Source: Tubiluchus corallicola
Taxonomy: Eukaryota; Animalia; Priapulida
Assembly: GCA_030141605.1 (NCBI GenBank)
Contig: JAQGDQ010000107.1
Span: forward strand, 124,001 to 188,000
DNA length: 64,000 bases
Reading direction: 5' to 3'
The notes under the pieces were generated by a model that had not been told where the DNA came from, made no database searches, and saw only the letters and a list, made by a program, of their open reading frames with translations. Below, in pieces: positions 39,555 through 53,356 of the stretch. Position numbers and translations under genes: made by a program. Within the stretch, counting starts at the first letter, position 1. Each line of letters starts with the position of its first letter.

Positions 39555-39674
39555 GACTACGGCGAAATCACGTTGAAAACACCGGTTCTCGTCTGATCAC
39601 CGAAGTTAAACAACGTAGAGCCTGGTTAGTACTTGGATAGGTGACCGCCTAGGAATATCAGGTGCTGTAGGCTT
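39555..39674 (+). pseudogene. 5S rRNA-derived sequence (120 nt), head of a putative SINE3 rather than a functional 5S gene
   Basis: gactacggcgaaatcacgttgaaaacaccggttctcgtctgatcaccgaagttaaacaacg...ggttagtacttggataggtgaccgcctaggaatatcaggtgctgtaggctt is a full-length invertebrate 5S with scattered substitutions. No oligo-T Pol III terminator follows; single copy. Confidence 0.88.
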
Positions 39675-40123
39675 GCGGGATGCGCACACTGTATCTCGAC
39701 ACTAGGCGGAGGAGCTGCACAAGCAGCCAACGGTTAGAGGGCGGAGGAGGTCAAGAGACCCAACGGCCATGTGTAGAGGAGTAAACCTTCCAAATCAGGA
39801 GTGGAGCCCCGAAGGCGGACCAATGCAGCATGCTCACTGACTCCGGCACCTCCTGCAGTCAACCTAGTACTAAACGTATCGCTCTGCTTTCTCTGCACTA
39901 CACCAGGGAGGAAGAGAGGGGTTCCTGTTGTCTGGGCAACTCAGGATCTCCATACACCTTACCCAGGCGTGCGCCCTGGAGAAGCCACTCCAGTGGTTCA
40001 AGGATCGGACTGCTCAGCCACAGTCGACGCTGCAGCTCCATCAATGTGATCAATAACTGACTCTCTTAGCGCACACTCCATTGTCTTCCGAGACAGAAAA
40101 ATGCCAACAACAACAACATCAAC
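39555..40123 (+). mobile_element. Putative 5S-derived SINE (SINE3): 5S head, GC-rich body, (CAA)n tail
   Basis: The 5S head is directly fused to a ~430-bp body much more GC-rich than the flanks, ending gccaacaacaacaacatcaac. Loose flanking repeat agagagatctct / agagaggtctct. Confidence 0.7.
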
Positions 40124-41224
40124 AGAGAGGTCTCTGGTTTTGCACTGACACACAAAACATCCCATTTCTGCATGTAATAAATAGCAAAGCCTGCAGAACG
40201 CATTTCCATTAATGAAAATAACTTAAAATCATCTACGTATACTTGTGTTTGCTTTCCAGCATCTTACTTGTGCAAGGAAAAATCCCCGGAATGTTGCCCA
40301 AACACATTTACAAGTTATTTAATACGTGAAACATTTTTTTGGCGTTTGGTTTTGTAGTTTTTCACATAAAATTTTTTAAACGTTCTGGGCCACGAGCATT
40401 TGCTATTTGAGTTAAGAAAACCAACTTACAAACAGTGAGCAAAAATTTGAAGCAAGCAAACAAAAAAAAACTCCGCAAACAAAAACACAAGACGATCCAC
40501 GTCCATGTGGTAACTTGCAAATAATCGATATCAAAGAGCCACGCCAGTGTTACACGAACAGCAGACATTAAGGAAATTTCAAACAACAGCGTTAGCGTTC
40601 TTATATATCCCAAGTTCCATGACAAGATCACCATTATTCCTGCTTTCCTCAAATCAGTTTATCGCATGTTTTTATATGTCTCTATAATTTACATGAGATT
40701 GCTATTCTAGTAACTACTTTTTTCGTTGAGTACCTGCGCTATTAGCAGGGGCGTATCAAGACTTTGCGACGCCCTAGTTCTGTGCTGCCCATCTCTATTG
40801 TGAATTTGTGGCTGTTAATGCAATGAGCAGATTAAACAATTACTTGTGGTGTATTAGAAACACTATTAACCTAGTTTCTACGTGATCATTCTTATTTATG
40901 TGTATTTGCACAGCGTTTATATTCGTGCAATTGCGCAACTGTTTGTTGTGTAATACCTTGCATCTGTTTGTTATGTGGTACATATATAGAAGGGGAGATG
41001 AGTAACTGCCTGTGGTGTGTTATAACATGCGCCGTTTACATGAATATGAAAGTATGCACATTTTCCGAGGAGAATAAGAATTTTGTCTAAAACGTGACGC
41101 TCCTCAAACTTTGGCGTCCTAGGCTATTATTAGAGATTACCAGAAAATGAACGTAAAGCGGATTATTTGTAACATTTTTCTCCAACAAAACAATTGCCAA
41201 AATCACATGGCTTATATATATATA

Positions 41225-42130
41225 TATTAATTCTTTATTTGTCATTAAAATGGCTCACTCATTATAATAAAATTGAGTAATCCTCAGCGTAATGTTAAAA
41301 TAACAACACTGTTCAAGACAAATGCGTCCAGTGCAGACTAAAAAAAAAACTAAAGTGCAAAACTAAGGCCTAATTATATGCAATAAATGAACATATTTAC
41401 AAACACAATATTAAAATATTTTTACAAAACAATATTACAAAAGTACATTAAATTTTACATGACATATTTTACACATATATACATTTTTCATGACACAACA
41501 GAAACATGCTTTACATTACATAAATTTCACTCATTACATTTTGTTAATGTTAACTCATTACTTTCACTATTTTTACATTTGACATTACAAAACTGACGTA
41601 ACACGTATTACATTACATAATTTTTTAAAAATTTTACTTTTTTAATCGTTTTATGGAGTCAGGGGCGGGGGTAGATGAAAGTTGAGTCTGTGTAATTAGT
41701 ATCAGATGCACAATGTGGAACTTGACACCTGTTATATTGATATTCTTTTAATTTCTTTTTAAATTGGTGGAGAGATTCTATTAGTTTTATGTCACTGAGT
41801 AGTAAGTTCCATAAATGTATGGCCTGTTTTGATATAGAGTTATTTCCAAATTTATTGTTTACTGTAATTTGCTTTAAATTGTGTGTTCTATTGTTTAAAG
41901 TGGTATCAGGAATGAATGCTAAGGGATTGTTTATAAATGGAATGCTCAGTTTATTGATATATTTATAAAGAAATATCAGTGTTTTGTAATCTCGATAGGC
42001 TTCTGATATTGGTATTTTTGCGGACGCTCTTAAGCTTGTTGCAGAAGCAGCATGTTGTTTAGCAGTTTTGTTAGAGGAGCCATGAATTAATCTAAGTGCG
42101 TAGTTTTGCATTGTATTTAGTTTTCTAAAG
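41225..42130 (-). mobile_element. 5'-truncated L2/CR1-group LINE (ORF2 C-terminus and 3' UTR)
   Basis: ORF 41659-42111 reads (KLNT)MQNYALRLI...LIFLYKYIN...KFGNNSISKQAIHLWNLLLSDIKLIESLHQFKKKLK, a classic LINE ORF2 C-terminus. The 3' UTR is shared with 7385-7630. Confidence 0.85.
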
Positions 42131-45100
42131 TTTTCATTTTTAACGTTTTACGTTTTAACGAGTTACAGCTTCCTGTAACTCGTGCACAAAGACATTCATT
42201 CATAGAGTGTAAATAAATGAATCTCAGTCAAGCATTCACTTCTGCTAGGGACGGCCTAAAGAAAGGGCTCACATTTGAGACACATTTTCTTTTTATTCTT
42301 TGTTTAATCTTACCGTAATTTAATGCAGAATCGTTTTAATGCTTTATAAAATTATATTGGGTAAAATATTGGGCTAATATCGAACAGTGAGCTTCAAGGT
42401 TGTACCAAAAATAACAAAGTGGAATAAACTCTGTTTTTCTTCTCTTTTACTAATGAAAGGGTGGAAAAGGAAGGAAGGAAAAAGAGTGTCTATACTATCT
42501 TGTTATATTCTGTAAAAGCCTAAAACGAATTGTCCGACGTGTACGATATTGGCACATTTCACCATATATTTCAGCCAGTTTTAACTTTTTATTTATCGTA
42601 ATATCGTCTGTAGTTTGCATGCATAATTTACTTTAGTAACTGAGAAATTATTTTATCACTGTAATTTGTATTACGTAAATATAAATAAACACATAATTTT
42701 GGTGTTATTATGTATACAGAAAATGAAGTGGCAATCTCTTACTGATAAACACATGTTCTACAGACGCTTTTAATTCTTACAAACATCCTATGTCTCACTA
42801 ACCTCCATGCATGGAGCGCATCTCACCAAAAATAGCACTTTCCACAATCACCATGTTGTCTTGGTGATTTCTGATTTTTCAGCTGGTAAGTCTTGCAGCA
42901 CAGCTGTAAATAAATGGACTTATTCAAGAGAGATTCTAGGGCGGGAGTAGAAAACGAAAATAAGCGAACCTGAGCATCTAACTTCTGACCAAGTCTTCTT
43001 AATAAAGTTTGTTTTTATTGAAGCACAGCTTGCTTTCTTTAATGATGTTCTTTATGATGCTCGTATAAGAGAAGTCCCTCACTGGAAATGACGCTCCTCT
43101 CCTTTCTGGAGGAGACCGCTGTAATAGCTTCCACTGTCACAGGACTCTGTGGTGCACAGCCAAATTTTGCCAAAGTAAATTAAGACAACATCCAGTAGTG
43201 TAAATTTATTATCTGTTCATCGAATTACTGATATTATTGTCTGACAAAATCTCCTCAGAGTGTTAGATATTTCAGAACAAAAGCTTTAAAAAACGTTTCT
43301 AAGTTAAAAACATCCTCTGTTAATTGAGAGTTGTCACTTGAACTTAGTCTGCAGGTAATTGAGTTTTGGGTCTCAAGTGTCACGCTAATTGGGTGTCGTT
43401 TTAACATCCATTGTCATTCTAACCCTTTGTGCGCTGAATTTTCTATGTGCTAAGTTTACGTAACACCCAAGGTTACAGCAAGGTGGCGCTTGTTTAGCAA
43501 CTTTTGTAATATGATAAACAATCGTGATGACACATCAGAAACAACATGCAGTATCCAAAAAAGCAAATCTGCACGAAATGCAAGCTGTAATTAAAGACTA
43601 TGGCGGCACAAGCATAACTTCGGTTAATACGAACGATGCGCTTGTACGAATTATCCGATGTTCGCATAATACATACATTTTCAGCTGTACACTTGTCCTA
43701 AATAATTTCTGTTACATGCTAATCGTTTTTTTGTTGAATAAAAACTTCCTCCATACTGAAAGTTTTAGCTGACATTATAAACTTGTGTTTGTTTACTCAA
43801 CTTTAACTAGTGGCGACCAATAGGCAGTGCAAGTGATAAGCCGGTTAAGCTTGACTTGGCTTCAATTTTGAAACAAGTTTATCCCACGACAGAGGCAAGT
43901 AATTTTGTGCAGCGTACTCTCATGATTCACTCGCGCCAAGATGGACTGTGTACAAATAACGTTTATACATCGATAATATTTGTATTTGTGAACGGTTATT
44001 TGTTTTTCTAATGAACGAAGTTTAATAGACATGCAAATAAAAAGTTACCTCACTATCATGATTCCTTTAATAATGTCAACCAATCGCATTTTCGCTACCT
44101 AGTTGAAGTAGAAGTTAAGAATGCTGATGAAGCCATGTGCTAAATGTAAAGAACGTGCATTTGTGGACGAACATATATCTTTTATCATCTACCCATCGTG
44201 TTAAGTCAATGAGATTCTAGATGACCACGCAGTGTATGGAAGCAGAAGTAAGTGCAATTGTATCTTCACGAAATTCTAATTCTAATATGTGCACTATTTG
44301 GAGGTGGCGGTTTAAGATGAATGCATCTTTGAATTATTTATCGTATTTAAGACGCACCTTAATGTTTAAAATGGCTGCAAATTATCGATAGTTTGTACAT
44401 TAGGTCAGTCACGGCGTTATGCAAAAATAGGTATCCCAAATTGTCTCTGTAAGGTGTTGGTTAGCGTCTCGTGAGCACAGATTGAATTAAGAAATGTAGG
44501 CGTCCCAGAGCAACCGGTTATAGAGCATCTGGGTGAGTGATGTAAGCTCTCATAGCACAGTCCGCCAAACGCCTCTTTATTGTATTTTTTAGCAATTTTG
44601 AATCCTTTGATGACATATCGCTAATGGCTGATTAACTTAAGTCTAAGAAAGTAAGTAAAATGTGTAAATATCCAAAAAGTCATTCATTCATTCATTTAGT
44701 TAGTTAGTCAATCAGTAAGTCAGGCAGGCAGGCAGTCCGTCAGTCAGTCAGTTCGAAATAAATAGTTAAATCAAATCAGTGAGTGAGTGAGTCAATGAGT
44801 CAGTCAGTCAGTTAGTCTGTCAGTCAGACAGTCAGCCAGCCAGCCAGCTAGTCAGTCAGTCATGATTGTTATTATTGTTTTATCATAAATTTAGTTAATT
44901 AAAGTCAACAATGTGTAGTAAATGAACTTGATTATATGCACATTATGGAGGACCCTCTTACGTGGAAGCCCCGGAGCAGCAACCCCAGTGGCCCTGTCCT
45001 AAATCCACCACTGTGTGGGTGTCGCTTGCAGAATGATTGCTATATTTTGTCATTGCACTTTTGTGACTGAGATCAGCTCAGGAAGATTAATAACCACCTG

Positions 45101-45644
45101 ACAAGACTCAAGGACGAAATGCTCAACTTTTCTTGATGGAAGTTTGAGATGTTTCATCCAATTTCTTCTCTCCCACTTTAATTATTACCGTGCGTGATAG
45201 GAGCTGTATTGTTGCTCGATTTCAAAGGGTTTCACGCTCCGTGTAATTTCAGTGTTGTGAAAATGATAATCTTGGTCAATAATCTTGATCAATCATGTCG
45301 TGATGTGGACAAGCCTTCCTGTTTAATGCGGCCCAATAATTCAAGGATAATATCAGCATAACTTAGGGTGCGTATCCACTGCGCTCGCAATAGTCCGCAA
45401 AGACTCTCAGTTTTCATCACAAAATTTGCATATGTATGAATGCGCATATCCACGGAACCGCAGAAACCCCTCTAATTCCTTACAGAGACCACGCAGTGCA
45501 ATAATGACTCTGAGCCAATTTAATTCAAAACAGCAAGTTTTAAAATATTTCTTTGTTGATTAATTCTGCTTATATATATAAATTTATATTGCTTAATGTG
45601 TGTATGTATTATGACACGTTGTACAAAAAATCTATTGAGGTAAG

Positions 45645-46098
45645 ACAAGATGAGATGAGGTGAGGTGAGGTGGGACGAAATGAGATGAGATGAGATGAGA
45701 TGAGATGAGGTGAGGTGAGGTGAGGTGAAATGAGATGAGATGAGATGAGATGAAGTGAGGTGAAGTGAGGTGAAGTGAAATGAGTTGAGATGAGGTGAGA
45801 TGAGATAAAATGAGATGAGGTGAGGTGAGGTGAAATGAGATCAGTTGAGATGGAATGAGATGAGATGAAATGAGGTGAGGTGAAATGAGATCAGTTGAGA
45901 TGGAATGAGATGAGATGAAATGAGGTGAGGTGAAATGAGATCAGTTGAGATCAGATGAGATGAAATGAGATGAAGTGAGGTAAATTGAGATGAGATGAGG
46001 TGAGTTGAGTTGAGGTGAGGTGAGGTGAGACGAAATGCAATGAGAGGAGAGGAGAGAAGATGCGATGAGATGAGATGAGGTGAGATGAGATGAGATGA
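45645..46098. repeat. (ATGAG/GTGAG)n pentanucleotide microsatellite
   Basis: Directly visible. Confidence 0.95.
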
Positions 46099-46264
46099 CA
46101 TTAAAATAAATAGGTAATTGAATATTTATGTCCGGCTTTAACCAGAAGAAAAGTGTCACACCAGCATGCCTTCTACAGGAAAAACCTATACATGTAGCTC
46201 GGTACGTAAAGTTACGGCCTAAATCCATTCATTTACTTTTATGCATAACGTGCATTTAAAACAC

Positions 46265-46770
46265 AAGAAAAACCATTACATTTATAAAGGTGAAAAAAAT
46301 TCGTTTTGAAATTTTGTATCACCTACGTATTGCCTTATAACTCATACAGCTTGTATTAGAAGCAATGCTGTGCAAAACTTGTAAATTTAACCTTCCGCAA
46401 TGAGACCGTTAAGAGCAGCCATTTTGACAGTAAGTCGTTTGAAACAAGTTTATATAACATTGCGTAGAATTTGAAAAATAGTCAGAGCATTCGTAGAGCA
46501 CACTTCACCATTAAGCAAAAAGATAAATTGTTGTATCTTCACACTAAGACTAAAAATACGTTTTTTGTGAGTCAGTGGTGCACATTGGGAAGGTGAGTCA
46601 GTGACATTTAACCAGTTGGCGCGAGCATTTTAAATTACAGTAAGAATTTTCGTTTCTACTTACGTAAGTCTCTCAAGCAGGTTACGATAAACAACATAGC
46701 TTTGTGTGTAAAGTATTACGTAGATTATTCTTTTTAATATTCTACACACTTAACATGTACATGAAAAACG
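46265..46770 (+). mobile_element. Kolobok-like element family B, partial
   Basis: Colinear similarity to 51857-52340 and inverted similarity to 2397-2827. Confidence 0.65.
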
Positions 46771-46891
46771 AAAATTTCAAATAATAAGCAACTAGTCCAA
46801 ATACCTAACAGCTGTAAGGCTCCATAACAAGTTTATTGTATAAATTTAAAATACTTTAATGCAGTAACAAATGGTTTCTCTAAACTAGGCG

Positions 46892-47228
46892 TTGACTAAT
46901 GAATATATTAGTTTTCTCTTTGTCTTGTACAACTTATAATGTTTACTTTGACTAATGAATATATTAGTTTTCTCTTTGCCTTGTACAACTTATAATGTTT
47001 ACTTTGACTAATGAATATATTAGTTTTCTCTTTGCCTTGTACAACTTATAATGTTTACTTTGACTAATGAATATATTAGTTTTCTCTTTGTCTTGTACAA
47101 CTTATAATGTTTACTTTGACTAATGAATATATTAGTTTTCTCTTCGTCTTGTACAACTTATAATGTTTACTTTGACTAACGAATATATTAGTTTTGTTTT
47201 CGTCTTGTACAACTTATAATGTTTACTT
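46892..47228. repeat. 56-bp minisatellite, 6 near-identical copies
   Basis: Unit ttgactaatgaatatattagttttctctttg(t/c)cttgtacaacttataatgtttact starts at 46892, 46948, 47004, 47060, 47116 and 47172. Confidence 0.95.
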
Positions 47229-48093
47229 ATTTTGCTCTTTTTTCAAAGATTGTTTGAACCCTTTCTTACCACAACATTAAAAGTTTTTTAGAGTAAAAAA
47301 ATTATATTTTGTTCTAACAGTATTTCAGCCACATATCAGATTTATTTTCAAGCTTTCTTGCGTTGCGCGCGTGCTTAGCTGATGCAGTTTTTGCAGCAGA
47401 AAATGTCAGAAGGAAAAAATTTGTTTCTGTGCGTGTCTGTTTGTACTTTTAGTGGATACGTGGCCTTAAAAGTATAACTTAACTTACAGCATGTCATAAC
47501 ATTTTACATCATCATGTCAGACGATTTTGTGAGGATAAACTTTGAAAAACATCACTTAACGTGTTTAAAAGCAGCTAGATAAGTAAAGCTGGTGTAGAGG
47601 GTGTGATTATTAGCTGTGTGGTCACTAATAATCTCACTCAATAATCTAACTAATATTTAATCTTTGATAACGAGCTATGCACCGGTCTCGCCACAAACAT
47701 GTACATATAGTAGGACCTGTCGCTGAGTGCTGGAGCGCCATTTGGAAAGTGGCCAACTCTGCAGAGGCTTCGTGTACGTGAAATGTAGCAGACCTCTCTT
47801 TTATCAGGGGATCAACGTTATTATTCAAGAAGACTTGTCAGCAACGACATAGCTGAAACTAAAGTTAATTGAAATATTACTGGCACCCACCTATACCTAA
47901 CCCAGTTCAAGTCCAAATATCAGACTAAGTCAAGGCCAGATTAAAACATCAAGGGGCGAGAATCTACTAACAAAATGTTAATTGGCTTAACACAAGTTAA
48001 AAAACCTTGATCAGCACTGTGAGCTAGGTCAACGCTGGACCATCAGGTTTTGACCACCGCTCTAAGGGCTTTACATTGTTAAGCTCCTTTTAA

Positions 48094-48670
48094 AGCAAAA
48101 CCGGACCCAATGTTAAACTGTAAGTCAAAACAATAACATACTATTTTTTTTCAAAAATGACTTACGCGAAAGAATTATTACCACACAAACACAATTTCGC
48201 GTTGGCGCCACCAGCTTTTCGCTGTTACATACATTTCGCCATTCGCTAGTTGGACGGGCACTAGCGCCTGCATTTCGGAAAGAGTTGCAGAAAAAACAGG
48301 TGCTGTGCCTCTCAGTTCGGATGTGCTAATTTGTGACGAAATCTACACGTTCGACAGCTCTTGCGTGTGTACAGCGGTAAATTTGAAATTTGAATTTTTA
48401 TCTTAAAACTTGCCGAGTTTTACTACAACACACTGAATCTCTTACAGTAGCACTGTACTTCAATTTTCGCTTTCGGAAGCATGCGCTCAGCGAATGTTTT
48501 TGATGTTAAAAATTATGTTAGATGTTGATGTCATCACTTGTTAGGCTCGCCCGCCGTTAATTAAGATTTTAATATATTATTTATCAGAAATGCTTTTGCA
48601 CCTGTTAAAAAGTATACTACTTGCCGTACTTGAAAATGGGGTAGTATATGAAAAATCATCCTGTTTCCCT
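48094..48670 (+). mobile_element. Kolobok-like MITE family A, full length (~577 bp)
   Basis: TTAA at 48090-48093 and 48671-48674. TIRs agcaaaaccgga / tcctgtttccct. Confidence 0.82.
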
Positions 48671-49083
48671 TTAAGCCTGCAACTTGTACGTTGTAGCTTC
48701 CTATTCAGTCTGTGCAAAGAAGATAACCTGTAGTACAAGATTACGTTACGGCTTTTGTATTGCAATATCAACTTTCAATTTGCTAGGAAGGTCACGCTAA
48801 GTGTGCACAATGGACAATAGTAATTCACCGCCAGCTGAAAAGCCAAACTCAACAAAACTGCATGTAATGTCTAACGTATGTGGCAAACGACCAATGACTT
48901 CTTTGCTCCCTTTTTCTTCTCATGCATATGCGATTTTTTTTCATCGCGCGCATCAGGGCGGCTGACCTAACAACTCTTGCATTAAACTGAGCTTTTTTGA
49001 CAGATCTAATATTTATGTAAAATATGTTTTGCGTCCTCCTATCCGTGCATTATATTTATGTCAACTCATTCTGTGTTTATATT

Positions 49084-49112
49084 CTGTCTGTTTGTCTGTC
49101 TGTCTGTCTGTT

Positions 49113-49157
<45 letters not shown>

Positions 49158-49160
49158 GAA
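49084..49160. repeat. (TCTG)n microsatellite
   Basis: Directly visible. Confidence 0.9.
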
Positions 49161-50316
49161 TGTCTGTCTGTCTGAATGTCTCAACGTCCTGACGTTCTTT
49201 GTGGCAGCTTTATGCTGCTAATCATAGTAATTAACTCAACTGCTTAAAAAGGACATTTGGCTATTGCCAGTTCAAACCCTTTTATGTAAGAATTTATATT
49301 GCCAGCATATCTCGATAATAGACTGTCACCAGCCTGAAAAAAGGATTTTTGTTTTTGGCCGACTAAAACGTTTCTAAACCTCTTTAAGAGTTTACACTAC
49401 TAGCAGAACTAACCTAGCCCTACTATACATTGGCAATTTGGCTGGCATATTAATGGCAGTCCGACAAAATGATGATGATGATAAGTCTTTATTAGCCTTT
49501 TTTGCAGGCAAAAATTTCTGTACAACTATTAAAAAATTTTACATAGATACTAGAGTGAATTCTACAATATTACATGTTACGCATTCTGTAATTAGCTTTT
49601 CTAATTTGTGCGTGTAACCTTATTTACAGCGATGTTAAACAAGGAGTATTAAAGTGAGCGCTAAAATCAAGGTTATTAATGAAGCAAGCCGACAAAGAAT
49701 GCGTGTAGAATCTAAAAAAACATAATTTTGAGATTAGCTTGACCTTTGATTGCCCCGAGTTACACAGTTACTGTTACTGCAGAGATTGCGCGCACTGTTT
49801 GCCACCCCTGCATACTTCGCAGTAATTAACACGCAACACACGAGGAACTGCTCTAATGGTAAGGTTATATGAAGCCAATCTCGAACTTAACTGCTACCAC
49901 GTGAGTTTCGTTTTGCTCTCTGAGCGCAAAGGACGTAACGACGCAAAAATTGACAGGTTTCATCGCGCCGACGTGTAAAGTATAGACCGCCGACATCTCG
50001 GCGTTTTAACACCGGTTTTTAGGGTTTATCGCTGTGAAGTGCGGCTAGAAGTGATTTGTTATTTGTTCTCGAAAGTCGAAAATCGAAAAATGTTTGTCGT
50101 AAAGTCAAGTTGCTCGAAATGAGATGAACTGTCAAATAATTGACGCTTTTTTCCACATTTTGAGAAGCTTTTTGCGTCTTGATTAAGCTTTATCGCTAGA
50201 TGCAAAGTGAGTATACTTCGTAGTGGAATTAATTAACTCAATTTTGATATTGTATCACCACTATCACCACTGAGCAGCCTGTGACTAGTTCTTTACTACC
50301 TAAATTTTACCTGTCT

Positions 50317-50705
50317 CTAGTTAGACGGGCACCAGCGCCTGCATCTCGAAAACGTGTTGCAGAAAAAAAACAGGTGCTGTCCCTTTCAGTCCAGAGTTGT
50401 TCAGTTGTGACATAGTGCACACATGCGAAAGCTCATGCATGAGAACAGATGTAAACTTGAAATTTGAATTTTAAACTTAAATCACATTGATTATTGTACA
50501 GTAGCAGTGTACTTCAATTTTTTTTTACGAATACGTGCAGTACGCTTGTGGATGTCATTATTATTTGGGCTCACCAGCCGTTAATTACGTTTTTAGCTTA
50601 TTATTTCATTATCAGAAACGCCTTGGCGTGATTATAAGCGTTAAAATGTATCTTTTTCCCGAACTTCAAAATTGGGGAGGATATGAAAAATCATCCTTTT
50701 TGCCT
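50317..50705 (+). mobile_element. Kolobok-like MITE family A, 5'-truncated
   Basis: Matches the 3' two thirds of 48094-48670. Ends aatcatcctttttgcct followed by TTAA. Confidence 0.72.
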
Positions 50706-51856
50706 TTAAAAGAACGAAGCAGTGAACGCTCTATCATATGTTTAATACGTTTGTACATTTGTAATCAACTGTGAATAATCTTGGTTTTTTTTTCTGTGTT
50801 TAAATTTCGTTATTCGTCTCACTGGATATTAGCGAGTCTTTAATTGTAATTATAGATTCTTGAGAAACTGAAGTAATTTATTTGTCACTTTTGTATGTAG
50901 AACAAAGCGATAACGTCGAATTAATCCTTTATTACAAAGATGGATAGTTTATTACGTATTGTAACCAACTAAAATTGACCATAAAATTGATATTTATAAA
51001 ATCGTGAAATAACATTATGTAACGCATCTATTGGATGGACTACAATTTTTTCTTAATATTTTAAGCTACCTGATTATTTTTGCTGAACCATATTATGCAG
51101 AACTTTAGTACAAGAAAGCTAACACTACATTATGGAAAATGTTTTTTCTTATTCACGCGTAGGCCTGTTATGTACTGCAGCCCAAACGTTAATGGACGCT
51201 AAATAATGTAGTGTCTAAATTATTTGCTATAACAATTGCTCGATAAACAAACACACCTTGACAGCGCGTGTATGTGTGAGCAGATATCTGTGTTGTCATA
51301 TGCGCAAAAGCAGAGCTAAAATGTTGTGACTTAGTGCATTGCACAGATAATCTGTGACATTTTGTAGTGTTTTGTTGGTGACTTTTCCCGAAGTCAGCAA
51401 TAATTTTAAAGCACAAGTCACTTGCTTAGAACGATATGCAGCCAGCTGATCTAAAACGGAAAATTTTCTTTAAAATAATAATTTTATATACGAGCGTATC
51501 GTTCTTACAAATGTTCTCATTTGTATCATTGCTAAATGTTACCAGCTGTTAGAGAAGAGAACAATATAAACCTCCATAAAGAGCCATTTCATCAACCATC
51601 CACTCATTGTACTGGGATACTCATCACACACCGTATATAATTTTAGAATTTCAATCTAGCTGTATATAAGCTACAATTACAGCATTAATGAACCTTAATA
51701 TATATTAGTGCATAACTATTTAGTACAGATTGATATTTTTTTTGAAAATTGTCACAAGTTTCTATATTAACTTGCATGTGTGACAAAGTAGGTGGCCAAA
51801 TTTGAGCTTCCTCAAACTAAAAAAGGGATACCCTTGTGCCCTCCACAATACCGTCC

Positions 51857-52468
51857 ACTTACATAAAGCTTAAAAAATTCGTTTTCAAAATTTATACCAC
51901 TTACGCACTGTCTTTTTGCATGCAGAGTTTGCGTCGGCCTTAACGCTGTATAAAACATGTAAATTGAAACTCCCACGATGACAGTTAGCAGCAGCCATTT
52001 TGACGATAAGTCATTTGAGGCAAGTTTAGATAACACTGAGTAAAATTTGGAAATATAATCTGAGCATTCGTAGCGCACACGTCACTAAGTAAGTAAAATT
52101 TTAATTTACTGTATCTTGTCAATAAGATTAAAAATATGTTTTTTGGTTAGTGAGTGGTGCACCCTGGAGGGTGAGACAGCGACATTTTACCTATTGGTGA
52201 AAACATTTTAAATAATTAAATATTTTCTATTCTAGTTACGTAAGTCATTTAAGCAGGTAAGCGAAATGCTAAGTAACATAGCTTTGCATAGAAAGTTTTT
52301 TGGGACATAGTCTAACATGTACTTTTCTTCCCCTGATTTACGTTGTGCATATATGACATCAGGTAATGAGGACGCGATCGGTACAGTGTCGGGGGGGGGG
52401 GGGGGGGAGTATTTGAAATGAAACAAACAAAAAATCCTTTCAACGGGAGGTACCCCTTTTCTTGTCCT
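51857..52468 (+). mobile_element. Kolobok-like element family B
   Basis: Homologous to 46265-46770. Ends cttttcttgtcct followed by TTAA; the inverse end ttaaaggacaagaaaag also occurs at ~8674. Confidence 0.65.
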
Positions 52469-52844
52469 TTAACATAAATAGCCTGCCGATTCACTGCATC
52501 ACTATACTAAGACAGAGATTCTCAAAATCATATTTCTTGCACTTCGCTTGGTTTCCCCGGTGTCTTCAACTCTGGCTCTTGGCACCACCCCTGTCATATA
52601 TGGCCTTTTCACTATGTTACTGTTACAGTGGCAATTATTAAGACAACTAAATTTACGATGTTTTTTTCAATCAAGTGAAAAAAGAAATCCTTATTCATAC
52701 AAAGACTGTATTCGATTTTAGAGCCTAATGGCGCGTTGTTAAGTGCTGCCAAAAGAAATATGGGTAAATGCGAAATGCTCATTGGATGCAGATAGAGATT
52801 CTTTCTCTCGTACGTATTTGTTTGGCATATTATTATTTTTTATT

Positions 52845-52998
52845 GTCATTATCGTTAGTTATCGTTATTGTTATCGTTATCGTTATCGGTATTGGTATCG
52901 TTATCGTTATTGTTATCGTTATCGTTATTGCTATTGCTATTGCTATTTTGATTGTTATTGTTATTGTTATTGTTATTGTTATCGTTATCGTTATCGTT

Positions 52999-53033
<35 letters not shown>

Positions 53034-53074
53034 TATGGTTATGGTTGTGGTAATCGTTATCGTTATCGTTATCG
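52845..53074. repeat. (GTTATC/GTTATT/GTCATC)n hexanucleotide repeat
   Basis: Directly visible. Confidence 0.93.
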
Positions 53075-53356
53075 ACATTATACGCGATATACAGAATGTT
53101 AATTCTTTCAAGTTAAGAGCTTCTTCTACTGACTGAGATTTGAAAATTACCGCATCGAGATCTACTTTTTGCTCTGTAGGATAACATTTCAGTACCTTTA
53201 ACATCCACTGAGAGTTAAGAATTAAATAACGTCGCTAATTCTCAATAATTACTTTTAAGCATGGCGTGAACTTATCGCCGGCAGCTTTCTTATTAGAGTC
53301 AGTCCTAGAAATACACATTATTGCCACACCTGGTAATAAAACTACTAAACGTGTAC

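Larger units (their letters stand above)
45366..47465. mobile_element. Putative PIF/Harbinger-like non-autonomous element carrying internal repeats
   Basis: TIR pair gggtgcgtatccact / agtggatacgtggcc (12/15 match) with TTA on both sides. Confidence 0.5.

Noticed and set aside
39555-39674. Functional 5S rRNA gene
   Set aside because: Single copy, multiple substitutions including within the internal promoter boxes, and no downstream T-run terminator.
46892-47228. Regular repeat array resembling CRISPR
   Set aside because: Head-to-tail 56-bp units with no unique spacers, no cas genes and a eukaryotic context. The same applies to 29261-29668 and 57628-57861.
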